Shown piece by piece: positions 1 through 12,192 of a stretch of DNA of 64,000 bases. This DNA comes from Octopus sinensis (Eukaryota): positions 44,206,001 to 44,270,000 of the forward strand of contig NC_043013.1 in NCBI RefSeq assembly GCF_006345805.1. Direction: 5' to 3'. The position numbers were made by a program, and so were the translations under genes. The notes beneath the pieces were generated by a model. It was given only the letters and a program-made list of their open reading frames with translations, had not been told where the DNA came from and made no database searches. Each line of letters opens with the position of its first letter. The first letter of the stretch is position 1.

Positions 1-702
1 AAGGAAACTGAACAAAAACAAACATGGAGGGTTGTTAGACCAGAAACAGGGGAAAATAGCGAACACTGGAGAAATATTTTCTTTGACAAGAGAAAAGATA
101 GAAGAGAGAGATAGAAGACGCCCTGGAGGAAAAGAAAGATGGTCATGTGAGGAAAGGAAAAATGGACGATGGTCACATGTGAACAACAAGAAAGAGAAAA
201 GAGAAAGAGACAGATAAAAAATGGTGAAGGGGAGAAAAAGGGAATTAGAGAAGGATGGGGGAGAAAACAGAATAGAGTAGAGTATATATTATTTATATTA
301 TTATTTAATTGAATGCCAGACATCCTTTTCCAAGTATGTATATATGTGTGTGCGTGTGTGTGTATTTATATATGTATGTGTCTGTGTGCATCTGTGTATC
401 TGTTTATATTTTCACTGTAGAGTAGTCACTACAAGCAGTGTTGTTGTTGTCACTGTCTGTTCATTCTGAGCCTTTATAGATGTGCAAAATTAGAACATAT
501 ATGAATCTGAGTAGCAATAAAGAGTCATTGACTGATTCCCAATAGATATAAACTCTACACCTGATATTGAGTACTTCTCTTTGTTTGTAAACAAAAATGT
601 ATATATTCCTCGACTAACCTCATATTATATTTGTTTTGTTTGTTTCCTTGCCTCATATTCTTCCTCATTTTATTTGTTTTTAACTCTACCCGTCTCCCTC
701 CT

Positions 703-736
<34 letters not shown>

Positions 737-2665
737 CACAGACACACAGACTTTTGAAGGAGAAAGTATCTGCCAAGAAGATGTAGCAAAGATTAAAAGC
801 AAAAAAATATGGATTAGGCAGGAGGGAGAGAGAGAGAAAGAGAAGTAGATGGAATGAAGGGTGGAGTGATAAATAGCTCTGAAACACCCTATTAATCAAT
901 AGATGTCTGAAGGCCAGGGGCTGGTTGGAGTGAAAGGGCTGGATGAGTGACCCTGCTAGCTGATACTAATCAGTATTGAATGCAAAGGAGTATATGAATA
1001 GAAACTTTGTATGCTTTACATATCTTCCATTCAAATACTGAGAGGTGGATATAAAGGTTAGCTTTGATGTGAAGAATGCCTCTTCTCTTAGCAGGTAATG
1101 ATCCCTAACCAAATATATCATCATCATCAATAGCTTTTTATCATTTTCATTGTGCTCTTGTATACACACCTGTTACTGTGCACATCTTGTCACCCATGCT
1201 TCTTATGTTTTTTAGCCAGGGGAAGGCAGTGCCTATGACCCATTACAGGGTTTCCGAAATTGGTGGAAGGGAGTGGGATGGAGAGGAAAGATATTCTCAA
1301 ACTAGAAACATGATCCAACTCCTTACAACAGAATAGACATTTCTGAAGGCACCCATGTAGGCTATGGCAGGATTTGAACTCAAAAAAGGCAAAGAGCTGG
1401 AAGAAATACCTCAAAGCATCACAAGCCAAATAGGTATTCTGCATGCCATAGTGAGGAAATATTTTTAATGCCAGGAGCAAATTGCAAGTTCATAAGAATT
1501 TGTGGATGCACATCTGTCTGTTCCCTCTGCACACTGCATGACAACTTGTACAAGTGTCTTTTGCCATTGCTTTAGGTTAACCAAAGCCTTATAAGTGGAA
1601 AATGTAGAAAGCTGGCATATACATATTATATAGACATATAGGAACACAGCATCCCTTGTAATCCAAGGTGGTTATCCAACAGTAACAGAATGTGCTACTG
1701 CAATGGTGTGGCAACTCCAACTGTCAGAGTGGAAATGATGGATGATAGCTGTCTGTTGTTCTGATGAAGCATTTAAAACCAAAATGTTAAGACATCCTTT
1801 TCCAATTCTCTGAGTGTGAATCTAATAACATAAACTTTTATTGTATTTTGTTTTTATGCTGTCATTTTCATAGTTTTATATATATATATATCTGTCTGTT
1901 TCTACCTTTGTCTGTCTATATCTCTCTCTCTCTCCAATATAAACACCAAATATAAACATCTGAGAAAAGCCAGTGTTTTATGAACAACTACCCTTGAAAT
2001 ATTTTTTCTGTCTTATGATAAACATTCCCTTGTTGCTCTCACCACCAAAAATCCAGTCAGCCAGTGATTGGTCTACTGGAATTTTGTAACCATTATTCCA
2101 TTTTCCACAATGTATGACATAAATTAAACTACAAATAAAAGTATTTATGCTGAGAAAAATAACGATTGTCAAATTTTACAACTCATGGAGTCTGTTTGGG
2201 TTTTGAATGTGTGAGATTCATTAACTTGGGTTCACTTTCACTGAGATGAGGCACAATGAGGTGGAAACACTGAGTTATTTCAAAGTTCCCTTATAGAAGT
2301 GAATCTAGTTTTGCTTTAAGGGAGAGTATGTTTTCTGATAATGAGCAACAGTGATGACATATTCTTGTTGAAATCTGCCAAAACGTATTGAAAATAAATA
2401 AGGTCAATTGTTGTTCATTGACATGTAATTTATAGGATTTTATATAATGGTGAAATTTTGTCCATGGATCATCATTCTCCACTTTTCTATCCAATCACTT
2501 AATTTGCTAGGAATAGCAGCCAATATGCATCATACCATGTCCTATATATCATCATGTATGTATCAGTAAATAGTATTTAGTATATATATATAAATTAGAG
2601 AACCACCTTTTATCAATTCAACAATGAAATAACAATGATATAATTAAATTATACCATATAGAAAC

Positions 2666-2737
<72 letters not shown>

Positions 2738-2812
2738 TGGTAAAAACGGTAAGATAACAAGATAACAAAAGAAAGAAAGAGACCTCAATATTATGTAAAA
2801 AGAGGAAATTTG

Positions 2813-3051
2813 TCTGTAAAATAATGTGACAATTATTCGGAAGCCAAGATAAAACTCTGAGTTTCGGATGCCGAGGTGGAAATCCACACCACCATCTCTT
2901 CGGTTATCTGGACATCTGAAAAACGCTATCTAAAAAAAGGCATTTTTCAGATGGCCAGATGACCAAAGAGATGGTGTTGTGGATTTCCATCTCGGCATCC
3001 GAACTCAGAGTTTTATCTTGGCTACCGAATAATTGTCACATATTATTTTAC

Positions 3052-3054
<3 letters not shown>
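2813..3054. repeat. Long inverted repeat (arms about 115 bp, 2813-2926 and 2940-3054), probable inverted Penelope-like pseudo-LTR pair
   Basis: The left arm tctgtaaaataatgtgacaattattcggaagccaagataaaactctgag... is the reverse complement of the right arm ...ctcagagttttatcttggctaccgaataattgtcacatattattttacaga, with a few substitutions. Each arm carries a hammerhead motif. Confidence 0.85.
2844..2911 (-). ncRNA. Candidate minimal type-I hammerhead ribozyme (CCGAAGA core)
   Basis: Minus strand reads CCAGATAA-CCGAAGA-GATGGTGGTGTGGATTTCCACCTCGGCATCC-GAAA-CTCAGAG-TT-TTATCTTGG. Stem I has 8 bp with one bulge, stem II is a hairpin, stem III is ACTC/GAGT with a 1-nt loop, and the cleavage triplet is GUU. 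Confidence 0.65.
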
Positions 3055-3097
<43 letters not shown>

Positions 3098-3394
3098 TGT
3101 TGCTATAATGTTAAACTGTTGTATATCCAAATTTGGCCAAATGCGTTTTTTACAATATTCATTTTGCTTGCAATAGCCAGTTCTTTTGGTCAAACTATCA
3201 AATCTCCAGCTGCTCCAGATACCAATTTATCAAAAATTGTCAATGTATAGTACAACGATTTTGTTATGGAATGCAAAACTATTCTTTTGCTTTCTGATAT
3301 CCTTACATATCTTGCATCTATTTTCTTTCCTCCATCTCACTCTCTATTTTGTATCACATCTAAACTAACTATGACTTAACCATTTTCTCACACC

Positions 3395-3446
3395 GTCTCC
3401 GATGAAGGGATGTAATTAATAAATATCCCGGAAACAGCTGTAAGAC
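3395..3446 (+). ncRNA. Candidate minimal type-I hammerhead ribozyme (CCGATGA core)
   Basis: GTCT-CCGATGA-A-GGGATGT-loop-ATATCCC-G-GAAA-CAGCTG-TA-AGAC. Stem I is 4 bp, stem II is 7 bp, stem III is the palindrome ACAGCTGT, and the triplet is GUA. Confidence 0.6.
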
Positions 3447-3905
3447 CTATCTATAAAGGTTCTAATATCTACACAGCCTTGGTTTTTTTATCTCATTACG
3501 CAAAAAATTCTTGTGTGTGTGTGTAAAATGTAGTTCTAAACACACACATATATAAATAATATATCGTGAATCCTCCCATCATTTTTCTTGACATATGATG
3601 GTCCAACATATATGAATAGTCTGATAGCTAGGCTGTTAGACTACCCACAGTGGTTCATCAGTCCAACAGGTTGTATGGGGTTACAAGTTAACCATAGTAC
3701 TCAAGAGTGACTTCATAATATATTTATATGTAATGTTTACATCCTTATAACCTAGCAGTTCAACAAAAGTGAACAATAGAATGAGCACTAGACCTTAAAA
3801 GAAAAATAAGTACTGGGGGTCGATTTGTTCAGTTAATCCCTTCAAGGCAGTGTCCTCAGCATGGCTGCAGTCCAATGACTCTAACAAGTACAAATGAAAT
3901 TAAAA

Positions 3906-4316
3906 CATCATCATCATCGTTTAGCATCCGCTTTCCATGCTAGCATGGGTTGGATGGTTCAACTGGGGTCTGGGAAGCCAGAAGGCTGCACCAGGCCCAG
4001 TCTGATCTGGCAATGTTTCTACGGCTGGATGCCCTTCCTAACGCCAACCACTCCGAGAGTGTAGTGGGTGCTTTTTACGTGCCACTGGCACAGATGCCAG
4101 ACGAGGCTGGCAAATGGCCACGATCGGATGGTGCTTTTTACGTGCCACCAGCACGGAAGCCAGGCCAGGCTGGCAACGGCCACGATTCGATGGTGCTTTT
4201 TATGTGCCACCGGCACGAAGGCCAGTCGGGGCGGTGCTGGCAACGGCCACGTTCGGATGGTTCTCTTACGTGCCACTCGCACTGGTATCACAGCTACAAT
4301 TTCCATTGATGTTGAT
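3906..4316 (-). mobile_element. Family D: RTE-type 3' end (5'-truncated RTE LINE or RTE-dependent SINE) with (GAT)n tail and internal ~63-bp minisatellite
   Basis: (cat)n tail, then ttagcatccgctttccatgctagcatgggttgg, then the motif ggctggatgcccttcctaacgccaacc. Tandem units start at 4068, 4131, 4193 and 4260. Confidence 0.8.
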
Positions 4317-4532
4317 TGATTTTGATTTTAATTTTTTTTTAATTTTTTTTTTTTTTACACTCAGTGCCTAAGTCATCCATGCAGGACTGAACTCTGCAGT
4401 AATCTCACAGTTTGGTTTTTGTGTTATCACTGCAGATACTGTCTTCTTCATCTCTCTGTGCTTCTTTGTTCTATTTGGTGCTGGGAAGTACCCAGCATGA
4501 AATACAAGTTTAATGAGAACATCTACATAAAC

Positions 4533-4571
<39 letters not shown>

Positions 4572-5303
4572 ATAGCAGCAGTAGCAGCTAGGGATGAACA
4601 GAGATTAAACCTTTTTTGAAAAGCAGAAAAAGATGAAGATAAAAGTCTCACCAAGTCAGTTATTCATTTTATCAGTGCATAAGGGATGGGTGTTGTAACT
4701 GGAGCAACAGTTGTATATAATAATGTAAACATCTGGACCAGCAGTCTGTCTGGCCCCTCACCACTACATCCTGTCTAGTACCATCTTAATGGGAATTTTA
4801 AGGAAATTGTCCTAAAATTAAATCTATCAAATCAACACACACACACACACACACACTGGTAAAATTAGTCTGGACCAGTGAGAAAGCCTTTCTGTGGCTC
4901 TTCGATCCATTAGAAATAACAACGATCGCATCTCCCTTGTATACCTTTCTGTCTTTAATAAATGAGAGAAAAAGGGGATGATATACTAAATAATGTAGTT
5001 CTAAATGCGTATTTGAAACAGAAAAAATACAACAAAATGATCAGGTCTGAACCCAGGGCTTAGTAACAACAGTAATTACAACACATTTACTTTATAGGTG
5101 CTTCATGGCTGTGAGGTACAAGGCATGACTGTGAAGATGCAGGCATGTCTGTGTTGTTAAGAAGCTTGCTTCCCAACCACATGGTTTAGGGTTCAACCCC
5201 ATTATGTAGCACCCTATGGCATGTGTCTTGTTCTATACCTCAGGACTGACCAAAGTTTTATGCAAAGGTTTGGTAGATAAGAACTAAAAAAAAAACTGTT
5301 ACA

Positions 5304-6642
5304 TACTGAACTGCAAAAGAAATGCGAATTTTTCAAATGCCATTTTTATATGGTAAATTCTGAAAATTTATTTTGGGGATGTAAGTGTAAATATTCCAAG
5401 AGATGCTGGTTTACGGCTGAGACCCAAACTGCAAGTAACCTTTCAACTTTTGCTGCAACGAGACACCAAAACACAGCTGTGTTGATTGAATGCCTTGGGT
5501 GGTAGTTGCAAACAATTGTCATGGAAACCAAACTGCACTTGCACCTCGTGGAGGTCATGGGTATAAAGATCAACTTGAACCATTTTTCTGGCATTCGTAA
5601 TTTGGATGCATCTAGTATGACCTGATTGCCAACAGTGCAGAGAGAACAAACTATTGGCCAAGAGCAAGCAGGGCAGTGTGCCCTGGTTGTGGCAAAAGCT
5701 TAAAATGCTCATACCAGCACCATCTATTGCCTGCAACACTGATACAACAACACCAACAGCACTGCTGACAGTGCCTGCAGAGGGCACACCCTGGGTGACC
5801 ACACCCAGGCAGGACTGCTTCATCCACTTGCAACACCTCTGTGATCACTTCAGACCAGTGTGACAGCTCACAAGACCATTAGCACTAAACAGCGACCCAT
5901 CAGCAATGACGCAGTATGACATCAACTGGCCACCAACAACCTACATTGCCATTGTCCTGCTTGAGGGCCTGTACTCACTGCCCTCCACCATCAGGCATGA
6001 CTTTAATGGGCTACACAGCACCGACATTGGCAGCATCAACAATGGAGGTTGATAGTCTTCTCTGACGAGAGCCAGAACTGCATTTCAACCTCAGATGGTA
6101 GAGTGAGGGTGTGGAGTAGGAGGGGTGAATGCTGCAGAGACGCATGTGTCATAGAGAGAGAGACGCATGGGATGGCCAAAACATCATGGTTTGGGATGCT
6201 ATAGGCCAGAATCAGAGAATTGGACCCCCAGTGTTCCAAAATGTTGGTGCAGGCAGAGAGAATTGCATCACAGTGCAGTGCTATGTTGACCAGATCCTAA
6301 GGGCTCACATCGTGCCCTTCTTCACACGTCACCATAGCCACGTGTTCCAGCAGGAACACAGCCAGGGTTACCATGGGCTTCTTGCATCAGCACAACATTA
6401 GAACCACGCCATGGCCAGCTCTCAGCGTGGATTTGAACCCAATTGAACACATTATTGAACATGTCACACTCTACAACCCCGATGTGCTAGATCCACTTAC
6501 TACCAGAACACATGACAACAACCCATAGACTGTGGTTAAAGTGCATTCAAGAAATTGATTTTATCAAATTTATCTCAGACATAATGAAACTAAAACATAT
6601 TTCACAGTCACACATGTCTCACGTTTCTTTTGCGGTTCAGTG
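5304..6642 (+). mobile_element. Full-length degenerate Tc1-family DNA transposon
   Basis: Left TIR tactgaactgcaaaagaaatgcg matches the reverse complement of right TIR cacgtttcttttgcggttcagtg. TA follows the right end and CA precedes the left end. A transposase relic lies between them. Confidence 0.88.
5617..6480 (+). pseudogene. Tc1 transposase pseudogene (stops and frameshifts)
   Basis: Translates piecewise to M..LPTVQREQTIG, VTTPRQDCFIHLQHLCDHFRP, IVFSDES..DGRVRVW, IMVWDAI, FQQ..HTARVT and WPALSVDLNPIEH, which are Tc1 HTH and DDE motifs. Confidence 0.92.
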
Positions 6643-6645
6643 TAA

Positions 6646-6679
<34 letters not shown>

Positions 6680-6809
6680 TATTATATATATATATATGAA
6701 AGTATGTATGTATGTATATGTATATATTTATATGTATGTGTGTGTATATATATATATATATGAATGTATGTATATGTATATATATATATGTATGTGTGTG
6801 TATATATAT

Positions 6810-6843
<34 letters not shown>
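6643..6843. repeat. Compound (TA)n/(TATG)n microsatellite grown from the Tc1 TA target site
   Basis: About 200 bp of TA/TG dinucleotides directly after the right TIR. Confidence 0.95.
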
Positions 6844-7432
6844 GCTTAGATATGTTTCAACCAAAGATTGGCCCAGGCCATGTCTAACTTAATAGCACCA
6901 CCTGATAAGATTTGCTAAATCCTTTTATATAATAACAGATAATAACTTTAGTGCAGAGTCTTACTGAAACACATATGGCCTTCATTGCACACACTGTCTA
7001 TCTAGGGCTTAATAATTATTTCCAGGACCTCAATGCAGGTGGCAGAGTTAACTCGAAAGTTAACTAGAAAGAAGTAAGGAGGTGTCACATGTTCTTCATT
7101 GCTGACAAGCCCTAAAACCATAACAATTGCAGGAAAAGTATACCTGGACCTACATTAATTGATGATTCCATAATTGTTAAATATATTCAATACAACTAAA
7201 CAGTATTTGAATGACAGAATCTGTGTAAAACTGGACAAACTACCTTATGGTATTTAGTTGTTTAGTACCAGTTACAGGAAGGCAAGGGAAGAAGTTATCC
7301 TCAAACTGGCAACCCAAATGCTTACAACAGAGAGAACTTTGATAAAGACACTCAAGGACCTGATGGTAGTGTTACACTGAATGATGGCTTAAGTCTGCCA
7401 CCCAAGAACCAAGGACACAAAGAACTTGAACA

Positions 7433-7672
7433 AATACCTATTTCTTTATTACCCACAAGGGGCTAAACACAGAGGGGACAAACAAAGACAGACATAGGTA
7501 TTAAGTCGATTACATCGACCCCAGTGCGTAACTGGTACTTTAATTTATCGACCCCGAGAGGATGAAAAACAAAGTCGACCCCGACGGAATTTGAACTCAG
7601 AACGTAACGACAGACGAAATACCGCTAAGCATTTTGTCCGGCGCACTAACGTTTCTGCCAGCTCACCACCTT
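7433..7672 (-). mobile_element. SINE-B monomer (tRNA head, Meta-like central domain)
   Basis: Reverse complement of aaggcggcgagctggcagaaacgttagc...gagttcaaattcc...gactttgcctttcatcc...gtcgataaattaagtacc...ccccttgtggg. Confidence 0.9.
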
Positions 7673-8167
7673 GAACAAATACCACAAATACCTTGAACAA
7701 ATACCAAATACCGCAAGGCATTCATCCTGTTCAACACTAAAAATTTCACCCATCCACTTGCCCTGGGCTGAGATGTTATTTTATTGACCATCTCCCACAA
7801 AAAAAAAAAAAAAAGGAAAATGAAGTTGACTTCAGCAAAATTTGAATTCAGAGTGCCGAGAGCCAGATCAAATGCTGCAAGCTAATTTTATCTTATATTC
7901 TAAACTCTGCTGATTGACTTCATGTTTAAAAAACGGTATGCTGGTCATGACTGGACAGCCTTCATTCATAAATCTGATCTAATACTTAAGTCATAACAAC
8001 AATCTCACTACATCAGTGTTTGAAACTATACTAAATCTCATCTCTGAATTCAATGTATTCGTGTCTGATCTAATTATATTGGATCCTAATTTTCCGATTC
8101 TAATTATCTGTACCTGGGTAACTTACCTGGAACCTTACTACTGTTACACACACAAACAATTTAATAT

Positions 8168-8310
8168 GCATCCAATTGACTGATAGGTCGGAATTACTCA
8201 CCATAATTCTTCATTCAACCTCTACATCACAGGTGTTTTGTTTCCTTATTCTATCTCATCTACACTACCATAATGGCTTCTGCTCCTCATAGTTACCTGG
8301 TCATGTCTAT
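8168..8310 (+). pseudogene. CR1/Jockey-group LINE ORF2 C-terminal relic
   Basis: Translates with a frameshift to IQPLHHRCFVSLFYLIY..YHNGFCSS*LPGHV, similar to the LQPLAHRR..SL..FYRYYNG.CSSEL motif of CR1-group elements. Confidence 0.6.
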
Positions 8311-8536
8311 TATGTCCACTTATGTTTATATCTTTCTCACATACCATGTCTGCTCCCTATCATGTCTATGACTAACCATTTCACACATTGTTAATCCATG
8401 GGACCTTATGAAAGGTGACTTCTACTATAACCCTGAGATGACCAAAACCTTGTGTGTTGCTTTTGTAGATGGTCACCATAAAAAGCTTGCCATATGTGTG
8501 CGTGTGTGCATCTTTGTCCCGACATTCTTTTATTCT

Positions 8537-8900
8537 TTTATTTTACTTGTTTCACTCATTTCACTGTGGTCATGCTGGAGCACTGTCTCAAGGAGTTTTT
8601 AGTCAAACAAATTGACTCCAGGACTTATTTCTTAAGCCTAGTACTTATTCTATTGGTCCCTTTTGCCAAACTGCTAAGTTACAGGTACATAAACACACCA
8701 ACACCAGTCATCAAGCTGTGATGGGGGTGGGGGGCAAAGATACACACATACGATGGGCTTCTTTCAGTTTCTGTCTACCAAATCCACTCAAGATTTCGGC
8801 TATACTTGCCATGTAGAATATACTTGCCATGCAGTGAGGCTGAACCCGGAACCATGTGGTTGGGAAGCAAGCTCTTTACCACACAGCCATGCCTGTGCCT
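8537..8900 (-). mobile_element. SINE-A, older copy
   Basis: Tail ttttacttgtttcactcatt..., body and head ...accacacagccatgcctgtgcct. Confidence 0.85.
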
Positions 8901-9905
8901 GTATTGCTGTAAATAAATGCAATAATTTCCAATATTCTGCAAAAACATGTCTGGTCAGGGGAAAATATTATATTGTTCAGCAACAGAAAAGGCATCTGAC
9001 CACAGAAAATCTGCCACAATAAATGCTGTCCAACCCATGCAAGCATGGAAAAGTGGACGCTAAAATGATGATGATGATGATGATATCATATTTACTTAAA
9101 GGTGAAGGATTTACTCATCATCTGATTTGATACAAAGCTTAGTCTGGGAGCCACCAGTTCTGGAAAATGTTCATACATATTAGAGATTCATCTCATTGTA
9201 GTATTTATCTTTACTGCTCAGCATTCAGGGCACACATGTAAGTATAGGAGCAGGCATGGCTATGTAGTGAAAAAGCTTGCTTTGCAACTACAGGATTTTG
9301 GATTTTTAGTCTTACTGTATAGCAAACTAAACAAGTGTCTTCTGCAATTGCCCTCAGCTGGGTAAATTTTGAGTAAATTTGGTAGACAGAAACTGTATGA
9401 AAGCCTGTTGTGTTTAAGAGGAGGTACTGCAATGTTCCTGGTTTTGGGTAAAAGAAAATACAGGAGGATCAGTTAATTATGATTTTAATCAGCATATTCT
9501 TCTTTCAGATTCACACACTTATTGCAGTGGTCCTTCAGTTTTTCTAAGCCTTGTAAAAGAACTCAGAACTTTGGGCCTCCAGCCAGGCCTTTCGTGACAC
9601 CCTCAAAGACAAGAATTTTTCAGCACTCCCTCATATATGTGTGTGTATGTGAGTATCTTTGTGTTTGCCTCACCTACCACTTGACAGCTAGTATTGGTTT
9701 GCTTATGACCTCATGACTTAAAGATTTGGCAAAAGAGACCATTAGAATATGTACGGGACTTAGAAAAAAATAAAGTTCTGGGGTCGAATTGTTTGACTAA
9801 ATCTTACAAGACAGTGTCCCAGCATGGCCACAGTCCAGGGACTGAAACTAGTAAAAGATAAAAAAATAATATATTTGTTCCAGTTGCTTTTGTTGTTGTT
9901 GTTGC

Positions 9906-10280
9906 TTGTTTGTTTGTTTGTTGAGCGAAGCGGTCTTTGTCCTCTTGGGAGAAATGCGAAACGTGGTCCTTTGCTATTCATAAGACCCACAGAAGAGAAA
10001 GCACGTCAACCCCCGACACCGAGAGCATCGACGGATGGATGAATGCGCATCCAGGCTCAGCGGTTGCGTAGGAAGTCGGGAACAAGAAACAGGAAGAAAG
10101 AGTGAGAGAAAGTCGGAGCGAAAGAGTACAACAGGGGTCGCCACCCCCTCCCCTGCCAGAGCCTCGTGGAGCTTTAGGTGTTTTCACTCAATAAACACAC
10201 ATAACGCCCGGTCTGGGAAGTGAAACCGTGATCCTCTGACTGCGTTTTTGCTGCCCTAACCATTGGGCCATTGCGCCTCC
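9906..10280 (-). mobile_element. SINE-E1 (tRNA head, (AACA)n tail)
   Basis: Minus strand begins ggaggcgcaatggcccaatggttagggc (A box) and ends in (aaca)n. Its first ~190 nt are shared with the copy at 34675-34961. Confidence 0.85.
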
Positions 10281-11784
10281 ACTGTTGTTGTTGCTCAAGT
10301 CAACTCTAATCAAATAAATTCTTGAGGAAAGTTATTCTAGTTCTGACCATCCTATGTTTTATCCAAACATAATGTTTGTATGTCAGACTGCATCACCAAA
10401 TGTTCCTTTTGCCTTTTTCCCTTTTAAGATGCTAGAGTGTGATTTGAAGCTTGGCTGCTGTTGATGGCTGTGGTTCAGTGATTAGGGGGATGGTCTCCTA
10501 CACAGGAGGATATTTTACACTATCACAGTCTAATTGAAAATTGTTGAATTCTTATCCCTATTCTTATCTCTTATCTGTCTTGCCTTTAACATACTTTGTC
10601 TATTTTTTTTTGGGGGGGGGGGGCTCTTTAAATTCCAAGTTCAAATCACACTGAGCTCAACTTTGCCTTTAATCCTTTCAGGATTGACAAAATTAGTTAT
10701 CAATTAAAAAACTGGGGTTGATATGTAATTAACCCCCACCCCGCTAAAGTTGCTAGCCTTGTGCCTCCAACCAGGCCTTTCGTGACACCCTCAAAGCCAG
10801 CAATTTTTCAGCACTCCCTCATATATTTGTGTGTATGTGAGTATCTTTGTGTTTGCCTCACCCACCACTTGACAGCTGGTATTGGTTTGCTTATGTCTTC
10901 ATGACTTAAAGATTTGGTAAAAAAGACCATTAGAATATGTACTGGACTTAGAGAAAAATAAAGTAATTTTGTTAATTTTCAATTATATATTTACTCAAAG
11001 ATATGGGTTTATATTTTCCTTCTTAATTTTGCTCAACACCCATGTAGCTTCTGATTGATCAGGCCCACAGTCCAAATGGGATCATCACAAAGCCTGTATC
11101 TGAGCCATAACCATTTCATCTCAATCCCAGGGATAATGCATCTAAAACTACATTATTCAGTGTACCTCTCTTTTCTTTAAAATGGTAGGGTGTAATTTGA
11201 GGTAAATTTGTTTGCTATTTCTAGCTGGTGACGCAATATCAGAGATTCCCTTGAGATGGTTGATCCCCCTCATTCATTAGAAAAAACCTTTTTTTTCTCC
11301 TCATCTTATCAGGATAAAATCCAACACAAACTATGTTAACTCTATATGGCTCTAATTCTTGAAATAAGAAAGAGAAGAAACAATTGTCTCGTCTGTAGGT
11401 TATGTAAATTCTAAGACCTAGTCTTTGGTAACACAGCAGTATTAATAATGCTTTCAAATTTTGGCACAAGGCCAGCAATTTCAGGGGAGAGATACTAGCT
11501 AGATCAGCCCCAGGGTTCAACTGGTAATTATTTTATTGACCCCTTGCCCAAAAAGATGAGAGGCAAAGTCAACCTTGGTAGAATTTGAACTCAGAACATA
11601 AAGGCAAATGAAATGCTGCTGAGCACCTTGTCTTATGTGCTAATGATTCTGCCAGCTGGTCACCTTACACAGTGGTACTAATAATAATGATAACAAAGGT
11701 TGGAATTGTTATTTAGTCTGAGGTCAGAGACATTCTAGAAGTTGCCATCCTATATGTACTGGAATGTATTTATCGTTTATCCAT

Positions 11785-12192
11785 TACTTGTTTCAGTCAT
11801 TGGACTGCGACCACACTGGAGCACTACCTTGAAGGGTTTTAGTTGAGCAAATCAACTCTAGTACTCTTGTACTTGATTTTAAATCTGCTACTTTTTCCAC
11901 TGGACCCTTTTGCCAAACTGCTAAGTTACAGCTATGTAAACAAACCAACAACAGTTGTCAAGCAGTAGTGGAGGGAAAATAAACAAAAACTCACATACAC
12001 ACACACACACACATATATATATATACGATGGACTTCCACGCAGTTCCCACCTACCAAATTCACTTAAAATGCATTGGCTGTCCCAGGGCTATAAGCAGAA
12101 GACATTAGCTCAAAGTACTGCGCAATGGGACTGAACCTAAAACCAAATGATTGCAAAGCAAGCTTCTTAACCACACAGCCATGTCTGTGCCT
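11785..12192 (-). mobile_element. SINE-A, older copy
   Basis: Same tail, body, internal microsatellite and head order as the other A copies. Confidence 0.8.

Noticed and set aside
1760-1795. CTGATGA followed by a stem (AGCATTT/AAATGTT)
   Set aside because: There is no GAAA after the stem and no stem I or III, so it is not called a hammerhead.
4068-4280. Repeat-spacer appearance resembling a CRISPR array (also 55146-55440)
   Set aside because: The supposed spacers are homologous to each other, the array lies inside a eukaryotic retroelement, and no cas genes are present.
7270-7380. Peptide EEVILKLATQMLTTERTLIKTLKDL, faintly like a RhoGEF DH helix
   Set aside because: The spacing is wrong, a stop follows, and a homologous stretch occurs at 54690-54760 on the minus strand, so it is a repeat relic.
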